Below, in pieces: positions 37,771 to 49,399 of a stretch of DNA of 64,000 nucleotides. The notes below the pieces were generated by a model. The model ran no database searches, had not been told where the DNA came from, and saw only the letters and a program-made list of their open reading frames with translations. How positions within the stretch are numbered: the stretch's first letter is position 1; every line of letters starts with the position of its first letter. This stretch comes from Malacoraja senta (lineage: Eukaryota): contig CM075988.1 of assembly GCA_038087875.1 (NCBI GenBank), positions 19,966,001-20,030,000 on the forward strand. Direction: 5' to 3'. The position numbers and the translations under genes are program-made.

Positions 37771-38900
37771 GGTTAATATTCACAAAGCCCTAGATAAACT
37801 GGGCAAAATGCAAAGTCAAATGGAGTAATTCTAAAGGGACCCAGTTACCAGTGAGCTAGAGAGTGATGTGTACTTTATGACTGTACAGGCACTATAAAGG
37901 CTGATTGGAGAATTTTCTATATGATGTTATTCTTTACTCAGCCTGCCGTTCCCCAATCTAATAAAAGTCATTACGGTTTGACAATTTAATTCCCGGTCAC
38001 ATTTTTAGTACAATTATGGATAGAAAAATGGACTTGTTCTGAACATCCCATTTAGAGATTGAAAGGACAATAAAAGGTGAAGCCTTGGTGCAAAGCATAA
38101 GCAATTTATTCTGTTTCCATTGGGTAATGAGTGTAATCATTTATTTTCCATGTTCCTTCAAACACAACTTCTGACAGTAATTAATAATTTTAAGTTTGAA
38201 ATAATTGCTATTTGGATGCTTTGCATCAGCCCCTCAGAGAGTTGGCACATTTGCTGTTATGTTGGCAGTCAAAGCATTTCATTAGAATGGGAATCATTTA
38301 TTCTAATAATGCTAATTGATGCTATGATTAGAAACACTCGGGATTTGGAAAAACACAAAAAACATGAATACATTTTAAAACATGACCACAAAATTGAATT
38401 AAGATTGCAATATTCTTTTATTACTTGTTATGGGAGGGTGAACAGTCCCAAAACAAAACATTTTATTTATTTTGTTCTAAAAATATTTTTCACTTTAAAA
38501 GTGGTTTGCTTCAGCTTGCTCTAATCCAATTGCCAACATTGCTGAAAGGCCTGAAAACACGTGACCAGAATGAAATGTAGAAAAAACTGAAGTAAAAATG
38601 CACAATTATGCTAGTGAAAGGATATGGGGGGTAAAGTGCCTCAACTGCCACGATAACACTCAATCACAGAAGAAATTTTCGACAATCTTGTTTCATCCTA
38701 GTGTCACTCCTTCCGGCGAACTTTGTAGAGTCACATGGAAACAGGCTCTTTAGCCTGCTCGGCCTATGTCAAGAACCCATTTACACTAATTCCACTTTTT
38801 ATTCTGCCCACATTCCCATGAATAACCCTAGATTCTGAGGTCCACCTAAACACTAGGAGCAATGCACTAGGACAAGTAAACTGCCAATGCACACAACTTA

Positions 38901-39213
38901 GGGGAGGCACGGTGGCGCAGCAGTAGAGTTGTTGCCCTACAGCGTTGCAGCGATGGAGACCCAGGTTCGATCCCGACTACGGTGGCTGTCTGTATGGAGT
39001 TTGTACGTTCTCCCCGTGACTGCATGGGTTTACTCCGAGATCTTCGGTTTCCTCCAAAGATGAACAGGTATGTAGGTAAATTGGCTTAGTATAAGTGTAA
39101 ATTGTCCCTAGTGTGTGTAGGATAGTGTGTTAATGTGTGAGGATCGCTGGACGGTGCGGACTCGGTGGGCCGAAGGGCCATTATCCGCGCTGTATCTCTA
39201 AACTAAAAAACGA
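38901..39213 (+). mobile_element. Young HE1/V-SINE-like SINE nested in an older opposite-strand copy (~38728-38900, ~39214-39340)
   Basis: GGCACGGTGGCGCAGCAGTAGAG (A box), GGTTCGATCC (B box), V-domain, GGTGGGCCGAAGGGCC..TGTATCTCTAAACTAAA. Confidence 0.9.
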
Positions 39214-39999
39214 AACTTTGTGATGTGAGAGGACACCAAAGCACCAGGAGGAAGCCCACAATGTGACATGGAAACTCCATGCCTAAGGTAAAGATTGAAT
39301 CCTGTCTCAGCAGGAACACCAGAAGTGCCACTGTGCCACCCACATTTCACTTTTGAAATATGGCCATGGTTATTAGGCAGCGAAATGTGCACAGATAACC
39401 ACATGATAAGATTTGACAGACCTAATTGGGAGGACTAGGACACTAAGAAGAACAATTCTACAGAATTGTGTCTTGAGATCAAACAGTAGACCAGAGCATA
39501 CCTCACCAGACAGTTTGGCTCACACTTCCAGCAAGGTCATAGTTTCATTTTAATAGTTTGCATTCAATCACATTTTCAAGCCTAAATGTCACTTTAAGAA
39601 CCCAAAACAAACCAAATCTAAACAAGATTTTACAAAATAGTTTCATCCCCTGCATGTTGAAGAGGAAAGTAAACATTATCCGAAATCGGGTTAAACAGGT
39701 CATCTAGGAAAGCCCACAGGATCAAACTGCTGCATGGGTAAAAACTATCAGGTTTGTAGAAGTCAGCTGAAAGAGAGGGAGCACAATCAACTTCGGGAAT
39801 GAAAACTGGGCGATGATCTGCAGCCAAGGCATAATTTTAAATCATACATTCCTAGGAATACCATTAAAATTACAATTATCCTGCAGCCTTTGGTCTGTTT
39901 GAATATCACAGCCAATAGGGATATGGGATACCATTACAGTGTTTGAATAAAAGAACATCTTTCAAAACTGATGGCTGGTTGAGCTTGTAGGAAAGGTAA

Positions 40000-40015
40000 C
40001 AACACCATCTAGTGG
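40000..40015 (-). promoter_or_regulatory. CTCF-like motif
   Basis: Minus strand CCACTAGATGGTGTTG, close to the consensus core CCACYAGRKGGCRS. Confidence 0.5.
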
Positions 40016-40418
40016 TTAACATCCCTGTCTGGACTTGGACATCTCTCAGCGATGCTTTATCTTTGCTCTGTGAATGCATGAGAAGACCATTGCCAGTAAG
40101 CTTCTCAGTCTCAATACCATTCTTTGGGAGGTTAAACAATACCGCCATCACCACCCTCAAAAGCAACAGTCTGGAAATCAAATACCGTAACAATTAAAAT
40201 GAATCATCTATTTGGTAATGTGTGAAATTTACAAATATTCCAGGGAAATATGAATTCTCAGGGCCAGAGCAGTAGTTTAGTGGGAATTACACCTATAAAA
40301 ACTCAGTTCCACCTCATTCAATAAACCTCCACTTTTAGTTTTTGGATTAGTTTTAGAAATACAGCATGGAAACAGGCTCTTCGGCCCACCGAGTAATAAT
40401 CACCCGTTCACACGAGTT

Positions 40419-40811
40419 GAGCAAATTGGAGGAACAGCATCCCATATTTCGCATGGGCAGCTTACAGCCTAGTGGTATGAATATTGATTTCTCTCACATC
40501 AGGTAGCTGCGGCATTCCCTCTCTCTCTATCCTCCCCCACCCAAGTCGCACTAGCTTCTCATTTTCACCCTACCAACAGCTTACAACGGTCTGTTTCCTT
40601 TATCATAGTTACTTTTTTGCATCTTTCATTCATTTTTTTAATCTATCCACATCACCATCTAGATCTCTCGTTTCCCTTATCCCTAACCAGTCTGAAGAAG
40701 GGTATTGATCCGAAACGTCACCCATTCCTTCTCTCCAGAGATGCTGCCCATCCTGCTGAGTTACGCCACCTTTTTGGTGTCTATCTTCAGTATCTGCAGT
40801 TCCTTCTTACA
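40419..40811 (+). mobile_element. Penelope-like 3' fragment (GIY-YIG end plus terminal module), 10-bp TSD CACA(C/T)GAGTT
   Basis: Translates KLEEQHPIFRMGSLQPSGMNIDFS. TSD at 40409-40418 and 40812-40821. Confidence 0.85.
40689..40722 (+). ncRNA. Minimal type I hammerhead-ribozyme-like motif (PLE-associated)
   Basis: AGU-CUGAAGA-A-GGGU[AUUG]AUCC-GAAA-CGUC-ACC: intact core boxes, helix II kept via a G-U pair, short helix I (GU/AC). Confidence 0.55.
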
Positions 40812-41789
40812 CACATGAGTTCTATATTATGCATCCAAAACCTGGAAGTTTTGCATCCTACACACTAGGGGTAATTTACAGAAGCCAATTAACCTACAAA
40901 CCAGCACATCTTTGGAATGTGGGAACAATCTGGTGAAAACAAAGAAAACATAAAGAAGACATAAAAGTAACAGACTTTTCATAAATTTTTATGTTAAGAA
41001 CAGTGCATAAAAATTAAAGTTCTCACTAATTCTGTGACCTGAATTTTGTTTTTAGATGCCGGAATATAATGGCTGAAGCCAGGTCACAATGTACTTATTC
41101 TATCTGAATAGATGCTTATTGGTTATGGAGTGTCAGCACTTAAAATCTGAACAAAGTGAGTGTGCATGGGGACCAAGAACAGGTTTTCAGGTCCAAGAGG
41201 AATTGCCATTACATTGTGATATGAAACATTAGTGTCAATGCAGATAATGGATCTGGAATATGGAAGATTTTCATCTATATTGCCTGGGCAGTAACCTGGC
41301 AGGTACAGTCCCCACTGAGCTAGAAGATGCTTAATTTTCAATGTAACCAAGAGAATGAAAACTGGCAATAAAGTTGAAAATCGATTCTAGTAAAATTCCC
41401 AGCCTGCAATAAACTTACAAATATCAACCAGAACGGAAAGACAAAGGGCAAAAAAAAAATAGAGTTTCTGTATGTCCTCCAGCAACCAATCCTATTGGTT
41501 GGAAAGAAGACATTTTATGTTAGCATTGGGGATAACTGTACTTGTCAGACTGAAAAAATTATAGCCTGTTGGACACTCATTCATGCATGACGAATGGTCA
41601 AAATGGTGAAGTGTAAGAGAATGGAGAGTCAGTGTGGAACTGCAGCCCAGCAAGAATCAGTTGCAACAAATTAATCACTGTTTAAGCAAACAGGTCTGGT
41701 GGCATGCTAACAGAGTACTACTCAAATGGGCATGAGCTGTCAAAGCTGCAAAAGCAATGGTCGGACTTGCACAGATACCAATATAAATT

Positions 41790-41937
41790 TCCTAAAGACA
41801 TCCGGGTTTGTAGGTTAATTGGCCTCTGCTAATTACACCGAGTGTGTAGGGAGTGGATGTGAAAGTGGAAACAAGTGTCGATGGTCAACATGGACTCAGT
41901 GGGTGGACAGACCCACTTCATGCTGTATCTTTCAATC
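41790..41937 (+). mobile_element. HE1/V-SINE-like SINE 3' half
   Basis: AAAGACATCCGGGTTTGTAGGTTAATTGGCC..ATGCTGTATCTTTCAATC. Confidence 0.7.
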
Positions 41938-43214
41938 AAAAAACATTGACTGTTAATCTATTGGTAGCTTTCAAACAATACACGATTGTAACTATTATTA
42001 ACTAGATATTATAACTAGAAAATTGTAAAGATATTAAATGAAATGGTTTAAAAATTCCACAGAAAAAGGACAAGAGAAAAAAATAGATGTATCATACTTA
42101 GCTTTTGTAAAACTTTATAATGACGAGACCATAAACTCATAAAAGTTGCAGGATATGGCAGAAGGCTACATTATTACTGAACACTCTAATGAAGTTATTA
42201 TAATTTTGTAAAGTGGTAAAACTTTGCACCATATAATAAAGTATTCCTGATGACACACTATTTAAAAAAAAATTCAGCCAAGAGCTGTCACTAGGTGTTG
42301 GAACTCCCACAGTGCAGAAAAGCACCCGTTTTACAGTGGAAGAATTGTCATAAGCTGACAGAAAGAAAATAACAGATGCTCTTGTCTGGATTTAAGAGGG
42401 TCATCAGAAATGCACCTGAACCTCATATCATCCAACAGCACAGGATGGGTTTATTGGGAGCACCTCATCAACAGTGTTTCTGACAGTTTATTAATTACTG
42501 CAGCTTATCCTGCCTCGCTTGCAGATGAGCTATGAGGCCATATTATCCTCTCCTAACAGTCCCCTTATATTGTGGGTGGCTGTGTGGGTGTCTGAAGCTC
42601 AAACCAACATAACCCTTTACCTTCATTACCAAAGTACTGTCAACGTCCATCACAAGAGAAGTCTAATTATTGTGTGAAGACTAATTGTTCTCTCCATAAA
42701 TAATGCAGACTATAACCTGATTGTATTTTCTGGGAATGCAAGGTTGACAGAAGTGAAGGGGACTCGGCAAATAACAGAGGAAGCAACTCAATTAACTAAA
42801 CAATAAGAAAGATCAATATGTTTGATTCTGGAGGTACTTCGTGCATCATAGGTCTGGCTAATTACAGTTTGAAAAGAAGCAAGAATTAATCCCTTTGCAG
42901 ATGAACTGGAATTACAGTATATGAAGAGTTGAGATTGATTCACCTCAACGTGTTTAAAGTTAAAACAACTGGCTTGTGCATTAACTCTTTCCACGACATT
43001 AATCTCTATTTGACTGTTCTTCTCCCGACTCCTGCTCTCCAAATGACTAATTATTTGCCAACACCATCACCAACCAGAGTTAATATGTAGGTGCTGGGTA
43101 ATGGGTCCCTCAGTATTTTTCGTGTTCGTTTTCTAAGTCTGCACAAAACTTGAGAGTCTTTAATTTACAACAGAAGTCTTTAATGATTTACTCAATGCTG
43201 GCAGCAAGGCAACT

Positions 43215-43304
43215 CAAAATGGCTGCACGCACACTGTATACAGACGGGATGAACTATATACCAAAACATCTCCCTTTGTCCTGTGCAGCGCCACCTGTTG
43301 CACA
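43215..43304. promoter_or_regulatory. YY1-like motif (43215-43226, +) next to a CTCF-like motif (43286-43304, -)
   Basis: CAAAATGGCTGC; minus strand TGTGCAACAGGTGGCGCTG. Confidence 0.45.
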
Positions 43305-43924
43305 GGAGGAGCAACGGGTCCTCCCACCCCACACAGTCCACCAATCATCACAGTATTACTCTGAATAGGCGGTCCCTGGTACCCATATTGCTTTTCTTGA
43401 GCTGTTCCCTTCCACGGAATTCTGGTTTTAAGCAGGATATAAAATGCAGTACCAAAAATCAACATAATTTGGACATTCCATATTTTCACTTTCTTATTTC
43501 AATTTCATTCAATAGGTTAAGACAGACTTAAATGGCAAATATCTTAAGGGGTTTATGAGTGACCATCTATTTACATCACAACTTGGCAAAAAGCTTGAAA
43601 TCAATGAATTATTTTACAATGAATTGACTGAACCAGCTGTAATCGCAGTGTTGCAGGAAGCAGAAGCTAAAAGCAACAAACTCAGCCATAGTCTGTGGCT
43701 CAATCAGGAGCCAAAATCCCCTTGTGTTGAGAACGTACCATGAAAGGATTATGTAGGTCACAGAGTTATATAACAAGCATCATAAATCGGAATAATGTTA
43801 AAAAATAGTAACTGAATAAATATCCAGCTGTATATAAAGGTTATGCGAACTGTCCTGGTGGCATTTTAGTTTACTAGAAGCATTGACGTTGAAGCCTACA
43901 ATATGCCTTACACTGAGTGCATCA

Positions 43925-44300
43925 AAGAATCATAGAATCATGCAGCCCAAATACAGGCACTTCAGTCCAACTCGTTCAGACCGGCCAAGATGCTCCATCA
44001 AAGCTAGTCCCATTTATCCACGTTTGCTCCTTATCCCTCTAAACCTTTCCTATTCATATACGTGTCCAAATGTATTTTAAATGGTGTTATTGTACCTGCT
44101 TCAACTACTCCCTCTGGCAGCTCAGTTGAAACACCTACCATCCTCAGTTAAAAAGCTTCATCCTCAGGTTCTCATTAAATCTTTCCCCTCTCACCTTAAA
44201 CTTATGCCTCTAGTTCTTGATTCCCCTATCACGGGAATTCACCCAATCTATTCCCCTCGTGAATTTATACAACTCTATTCAATCACTCCTCAACCTCCTT
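43925..44300 (-). mobile_element. Older CR1 3' fragment
   Basis: AGAATCATAGAATCAT tail, then TATCCCTCTAAACCTTTCCTATTCAT..CTCTCACCTTAAAC. Confidence 0.8.
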
Positions 44301-44449
44301 GAACATTGCATAGTTTGACAACAACTTATTCAGTGATGGGTCCTGTGCTCCATGTTCTCCAGAGATCTGATCTGCTGAGTTAGTTCAGTACTTTGTGTCC
44401 TTTATGTAATAACCAGTATCTGCAGTTATTTATTAATCTGAATGAACTC

Positions 44450-44990
44450 TGGGCATGCGTAGGTACATGAGACTGGGTTGTTGTAGGCATTATGGAAACC
44501 TGGCTAAGAGAGGCAGCTTAATGTTCCAGGGTACAGATGCTACAGGGGAGATAGACCATTGATAAACACTATGAATAAATGAGGCCCATGCACTGATCCT
44601 CCTTTAGCCCACTAGTTATAATCAGCAACACCAAAAACCTACTACCAACTCATTATCTGTCAACTTTTTTTTTAAATCATGCCAATACATTACAAGCAGT
44701 ACTAAATTATTTAAGTTTGTACTTTAACTTTGAATGCATCTTTTATGGAACTTTATCAAAAGCTTCCTGTAAATCTAAATACGCTATACTGCTTCTCCCC
44801 TATCTATTCCACTAATTATATTCTCAAAAACTCTAGTTTGTCAAATATGATTTCCTTTTTGAAAATTATGTTGAATTTATATAATCTTGTTGATTTCAAA
44901 AAATCGTATTACCTTAGCCCCAAGCATTTTCCCACCAATGAAGTTGGTTTAACGTGTCTATAGTTCCCTGCTTTCTCTCCCGCACATTTT
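44450..44990. mobile_element. Ancient CR1 EN (+) and RT (-) relics
   Basis: GTAGGCATTATGGAAACCTGGCT..AATGTTCCAGGGTACAGATGCTACAGG on +; GGAACTTTATCAAAAGCTTCCTGTAAATCTAAATA and CTATAGTTCCCTG on -. Confidence 0.55.
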
Positions 44991-45157
44991 TTCAAACAGA
45001 TTTAGTTTGTAGATTTACAGGAAAATTACGCATGCTGCCTTAGCTGTCTCATTTCACAAGAACATCAAAAAAATTAAAACCCATGTAATGTAAATGCAAT
45101 ATAATACAGAAATGAACAACAATCACCTAAATTGTACCCTGACACTTTCATCCCTTA

Positions 45158-45743
45158 AGGGGCTGTCCCACTTGGGTGACCTAATTGGCGAGTTTAGAAG
45201 AGTTTGATAAAATGACATGTTGAAGACCTCCTTCGACAATGTAAAATACCTCTTTCGACCTCCTTCAACTATGTTGAAGACCAGCTTCGACTAGCTATGA
45301 CTAGCTATGACTAACTTCGGGAAAATTGGACATCGAATAGTGGAGAGTGAAGACGACCTCCTTCGATCTCCTTCGACCTCCCTTCGACCTCCCTTCGACC
45401 TCCCTTCGACTATGATGAAGACTTTCTACGACTACCTTCGACTACCTTCGACCACCCTCGATTACCTACGACTAACATGCCGACCTACTACAACTAAACC
45501 TACGAGTAAAAAAAGTATCGATTTTTTTCCATGGCGACATTTTTTTTACTCGCAGGCATTTTTTAACATATTGAAAAAAACGTCGCAACCTAGCTGAGGC
45601 CTCGAGTACGCGGAGACCACTCTCGAGCATGAAGGAGAGTTACGAAGACCTCCTACGACCTCGTGTCGACCATGCTGCGAGTATGAGTCGAGGGCAAACT
45701 CGCCAGAACTCGCGGATTAGGTCGCCCAAGTGGGACAGCCCCT
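45158..45743. mobile_element. PIF/Harbinger-type MITE with TTA TSD
   Basis: TTA|AGGGGCTGTCCCACTTGGGTGACCTAAT ... ATTAGGTCGCCCAAGTGGGACAGCCCCT|TTA (28-bp TIR, one mismatch). Internal CGACCTCCCTT and GACTAGCTAT tandem units. Confidence 0.88.
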
Positions 45744-47240
45744 TTATGCACCCTGAACAACATTGAATCAGTTCTTTATTTCCAACTATAGTACAAACAG
45801 GCATGTTATTAATCTTCTGTCAGAGCACTAAAGACAAAGTCACCTTCTGGTGAATAATTTAAGGAGATAAGAATAACCAGCATTTTCCACCTTGCACAAA
45901 TCACTCCAACCAGAAGAAGCAGAATTGACCCAAGCCCTCAAAAGGCGAGAGAAAAATAATGATCAAATTTATAATATATATAATAAATATATGATAAATA
46001 ATGAAAATTTTCTCTCCAAAATATATAAGGGTACCATATGCACATGACGAGGAAACAAAAAGTCAGAATGTTCAACTTGTTCATTCAAAAAAACGGCAAC
46101 TATTCTCTTTTCTTAGAGGTGCTTTCAACCACCCTTTGTCAGTACCACATTAGGGCTCTAATATCTGGATTACAATGCAGCTGCATTATTCATCCGCATC
46201 AGTTCATTCATCATCATTTAACAGGTTGGCTTCGGCACCACAGGGTTGGCCCTGTGAGAACCTGACAACAGCTCTCAAGAACTTTTTACTGAGTCAGTAT
46301 ATTTTGGTAATTGTGGATTCCTGGGAAATTCTTACTTTGCTGCAATGTCCAAAGGTTGATTAGGTTAAAGTTTGCATTCAAGCAAATATAAAATGACTAA
46401 CCAAGAATTTCTCGTGAGGAACGCTGTGAACAGTAGCGAGGTGTCCCCACGGAAATAAATAAATCAGCTTTTATTCCTTCACCCCCATTTAATTCCCTCA
46501 ACAATTTTCTCCAGAATATATCAGTTGGACTGGCAGGTGAAAAGGCACAGACAGTCTGCTATTAACTTAAATCAGGAAGGTAAGAGTCAAGCAACAAAGA
46601 ATTTCTATACTTGAGTCGCTGGGTTATATCACAAAAGACAAATCATAAAATAAAATTATCATTCAAATGTTCTTTCTAATTTCAGAGCACTCGGGTTATA
46701 TGAAAAGTGAAGCAACTGTTTCTGTTTCATTTTGTTCTTTTGTATGCAAACCTCGTCTGTGCAAAGCAATTCAAAGCCAAAACTAAAAATATTTTATTGC
46801 GTTTGGCCAAGCAGAAATAGATGAATAAATATTAACCCATTTTTCGCAGGCTAGCTGTAACTTCATTGATCTCAACTCTCTCTAGTCTGTTATTTAGGAA
46901 TGATCAAAATTTAAAATAAGCCATTTTCCTCAAACAGTATCTCTGCTGATTCTTTACGGAATAGCAAGAATGTGAACAGAAGCTCCAGAAATGATTATTT
47001 CTTTCAAAACAACAGATGACAGCTTGTTTATCATCCTTGGCTCTCTGCCCCACTTCCCATCATATGACTGCTTTAGCTGTCTCCTTTCACAAGGACACAA
47101 AAAGAAATTGAAAGAAAAATCCACACACAATATTTCTGCAGAAACTAAACACAGTCACTTAAATTCAAGACATGTGACTAGAGCTTTCAGGGAATGAACA
47201 ATATTTACTAATTTCAGATTTCCAACTTCAGCTCCGGCCC

Positions 47241-48030
47241 TCACATGTCCAATTTATATATTTTAAGGCCCACTGATATCGGTTTATCTTCATCACAGCA
47301 GTTAAAAGCTGTATTATCCACAGGTCTTCTGGTTTTACGACCGACTTCTATGAGATGTTGTTGCATGGTGCTTGAGCTTAGTGAGACTCCCACTGCCTCG
47401 AAATCTTTCTTTAGGGCATTGCTTGTCTTTCCTGGATCCTTGTTACTTTGCCAAATCAGCAAGGCATCATCTCTTGGAGTTGTCTGCCTGTTGTGAATGC
47501 ACCTACATGTCCTCTCGGGCAATAGTTTAGTTTAGTTTAGAGATACAGTGTGTAAACAGGCCCTTCGGCCCACCGAGTCCGCACCGACCAGCGATCCCCA
47601 CACATTAACACTATCCTACATACACTAGGGACAATTTTTTTAACATTTTATTCCAAGCAAATTAACCTACAAACCTGTATGTCTTTGGAGTGTGGGTGAA
47701 AACCGAAGATCTCGAAGAAAACCCACGCAGGTCACGGGGAGAACGTACGAACTTCGTACAGACAGCACCCGTAGTCAGGATCGAACCTGGGACTCTGGCA
47801 CTGTACGGCAGCAACTCTACCGCTGCGCCACCGTGCCGCAACAATAGTGATCCAGTTTTGGACTCTTGCATGACAATCCCGGGTACAGAACCATGACCCA
47901 CCACTACCAACTTTGCGATCTCTCGCTGTGACTTCAAGCAATGTTGATGCAAGGTTATGATCTTTGTTCGCCTCCTTGAAGTGATATCAATTTTGTGAAC
48001 TGCTTGATATCCATTTTTTTCAATTGCTTG
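47241..48030 (-). pseudogene. Tc1-like transposase N-terminal (paired HTH) relic, interrupted by a SINE
   Basis: DITSRRRTKIITLHQH..SQREIAKLV..GSV..TGS then RQTTPRDDALL..DPGKTSNALKKD..GVSLSSSTMQQHLIEVGRKTRRP, matching Tc1/Tc3 DNA-binding domain patterns. Confidence 0.7.
47527..47837 (-). mobile_element. Young HE1/V-SINE-like SINE, TSD CAATAGT
   Basis: Full head (..CCGCTGCGCCACCGTGCC) to (TTTAG)n tail. CAATAGT at 47520-47526 and 47842-47848. Confidence 0.9.
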
Positions 48031-48966
48031 GAGAGTTCTTCTCAAATGATGATAAACCAGTGGAGGGAAAATGCAATACTGAAAACACTAGTATAAGGTT
48101 ATTTTGTCATTAGTTTATTTTGAATGCTTTTCCCAACACATGTAATATTAGCCCTTTTGACGACTTTGAGATCTGGAAAAATCAAAAACTAGGTCTTTTT
48201 TTTAAAGTTCTGGAGAGTGAGGAGGAAGAGAGAGGAACCAGAATGAACACGTTCTGAAATGGGGCCGTTGTAAAATGGGGTTGTAAGCTAGCTGTAGGTA
48301 CAAAATAGAGACACAATAAATTCTAGCACCTTGAGTAAAATGAAGTATACCTTTTAACAAGATAGATTCACATGTTTTACAATTAGCTTAATTTTACATC
48401 ACATATGCAAATTCATTGATAGCAACAAAGCATTGTTGCACATTTATAAAATAGAATCACTGACCATTTAAATCTATCCACATCTACAATGTCCTGAAGT
48501 TAATCAAACCACACCAAAACATCTTCTAATGTGAATGATGTTTTCAACATAAACACTAGAGGGCAAGAGAGACCACCTTGCACTATTGTGAAATCAGAGC
48601 AAGCTCCAAAATCTCCAGTGACTTTCAGTCTGAGAATTCTGAATGGTTTGAAACCAATCATCTTTGAGCGTACATATGTCCAGATAGGCTTAATGCAAAA
48701 CCTTGATAGAGAGCTTGATTGATAGTGCGAAATTCCTTATTCTGCCAAGCCATGACTACCATAACATTGAGAATAAAGGTTCTCGTGGTTCATCGAGTAA
48801 ATCCCTCAAATGTCCTGCATGCCTCTGTATAAAAAGCTTTTTACATACTTTAATTGCAATTCAGTTTCAAGTATGTGTTTTTCCAAGTTATACACAGAAA
48901 CGTCCCGCGGATTGCCTGATAACAGTCTTCTTTTTCCATGTGCTTGATGAAATTTATTTCCAACAA

Positions 48967-49267
48967 GGGCAGCACAGTGGAGCAGCGGTAGAGTTACTGC
49001 CAGATCCAGGTTCAATCCGGACTACAGGTGCTGGCTGTACGGAGTTTTACATTTTCCCTAAGACCACATGGGTTTTCTCCACGTGCTCAGGTTTCTTCCC
49101 ACACTTTAAAGACGTACAGGTTTGTAATTTAATTGGCTTAGTTGTAAAAATTGTTCCTAGTGTCTAGGATAGTGTTAGTGTACGGGGTGATCGCTGGTCG
49201 GTGCAGACCCGGTGGGCCGAAGCGGCTGTTTCCACACTGTATCTCCAAAGTCGAAAGTAAAGTCTAA
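48967..49267 (+). mobile_element. HE1/V-SINE-like SINE
   Basis: GCACAGTGGAGCAGCGGTAGAG..GGTTCAATCC..GGTGGGCCGAAG..CTGTATCTC. Confidence 0.85.
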
Positions 49268-49399
49268 CGTTTTTGGTCTTTTAAGTTAATTTTGATTTAA
49301 GGTTGCCGATTTATTTTCACAGCAATGGAAATGAGACAAAAGTGATGTTGGAAAAAATCTGCAAGCTGCCTATATCTGAAAATTGATCCATCTTATCTA

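Larger units (their letters stand above)
40335..40940 (-). mobile_element. HE1/V-SINE-like SINE split by a PLE insertion
   Basis: Tail half 40335-40418 (ACAGCATGGAAACAGGC..GGCCCACCGAG) and inner half 40812-40940 (CACACTAGGGGTAATTTACAG..AATTAACCTAC). Confidence 0.75.

Noticed and set aside
38901..38980. tRNA gene (A and B boxes), also at ~23270, ~47830, ~48970 and ~56310
   Set aside because: Each continues into a SINE body and tail; these are tRNA-derived SINE heads without a full cloverleaf.
39630..40193. Two minus-strand ORFs with acceptor-like sites (TTTCAG, TTCCAG)
   Set aside because: No recognisable protein similarity and no convincing downstream donors; insufficient to call exons.
41483..41501. 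Inverted CCAAT pair CAACCAAT-CCT-ATTGGTTG
   Set aside because: An 8-bp palindrome is expected by chance in 64 kb, and no CpG-island or promoter context is visible.
45340..45500. CRISPR-like short repeats
   Set aside because: Degenerate tandem units inside a TIR/TSD-bounded MITE, with no unique spacers.
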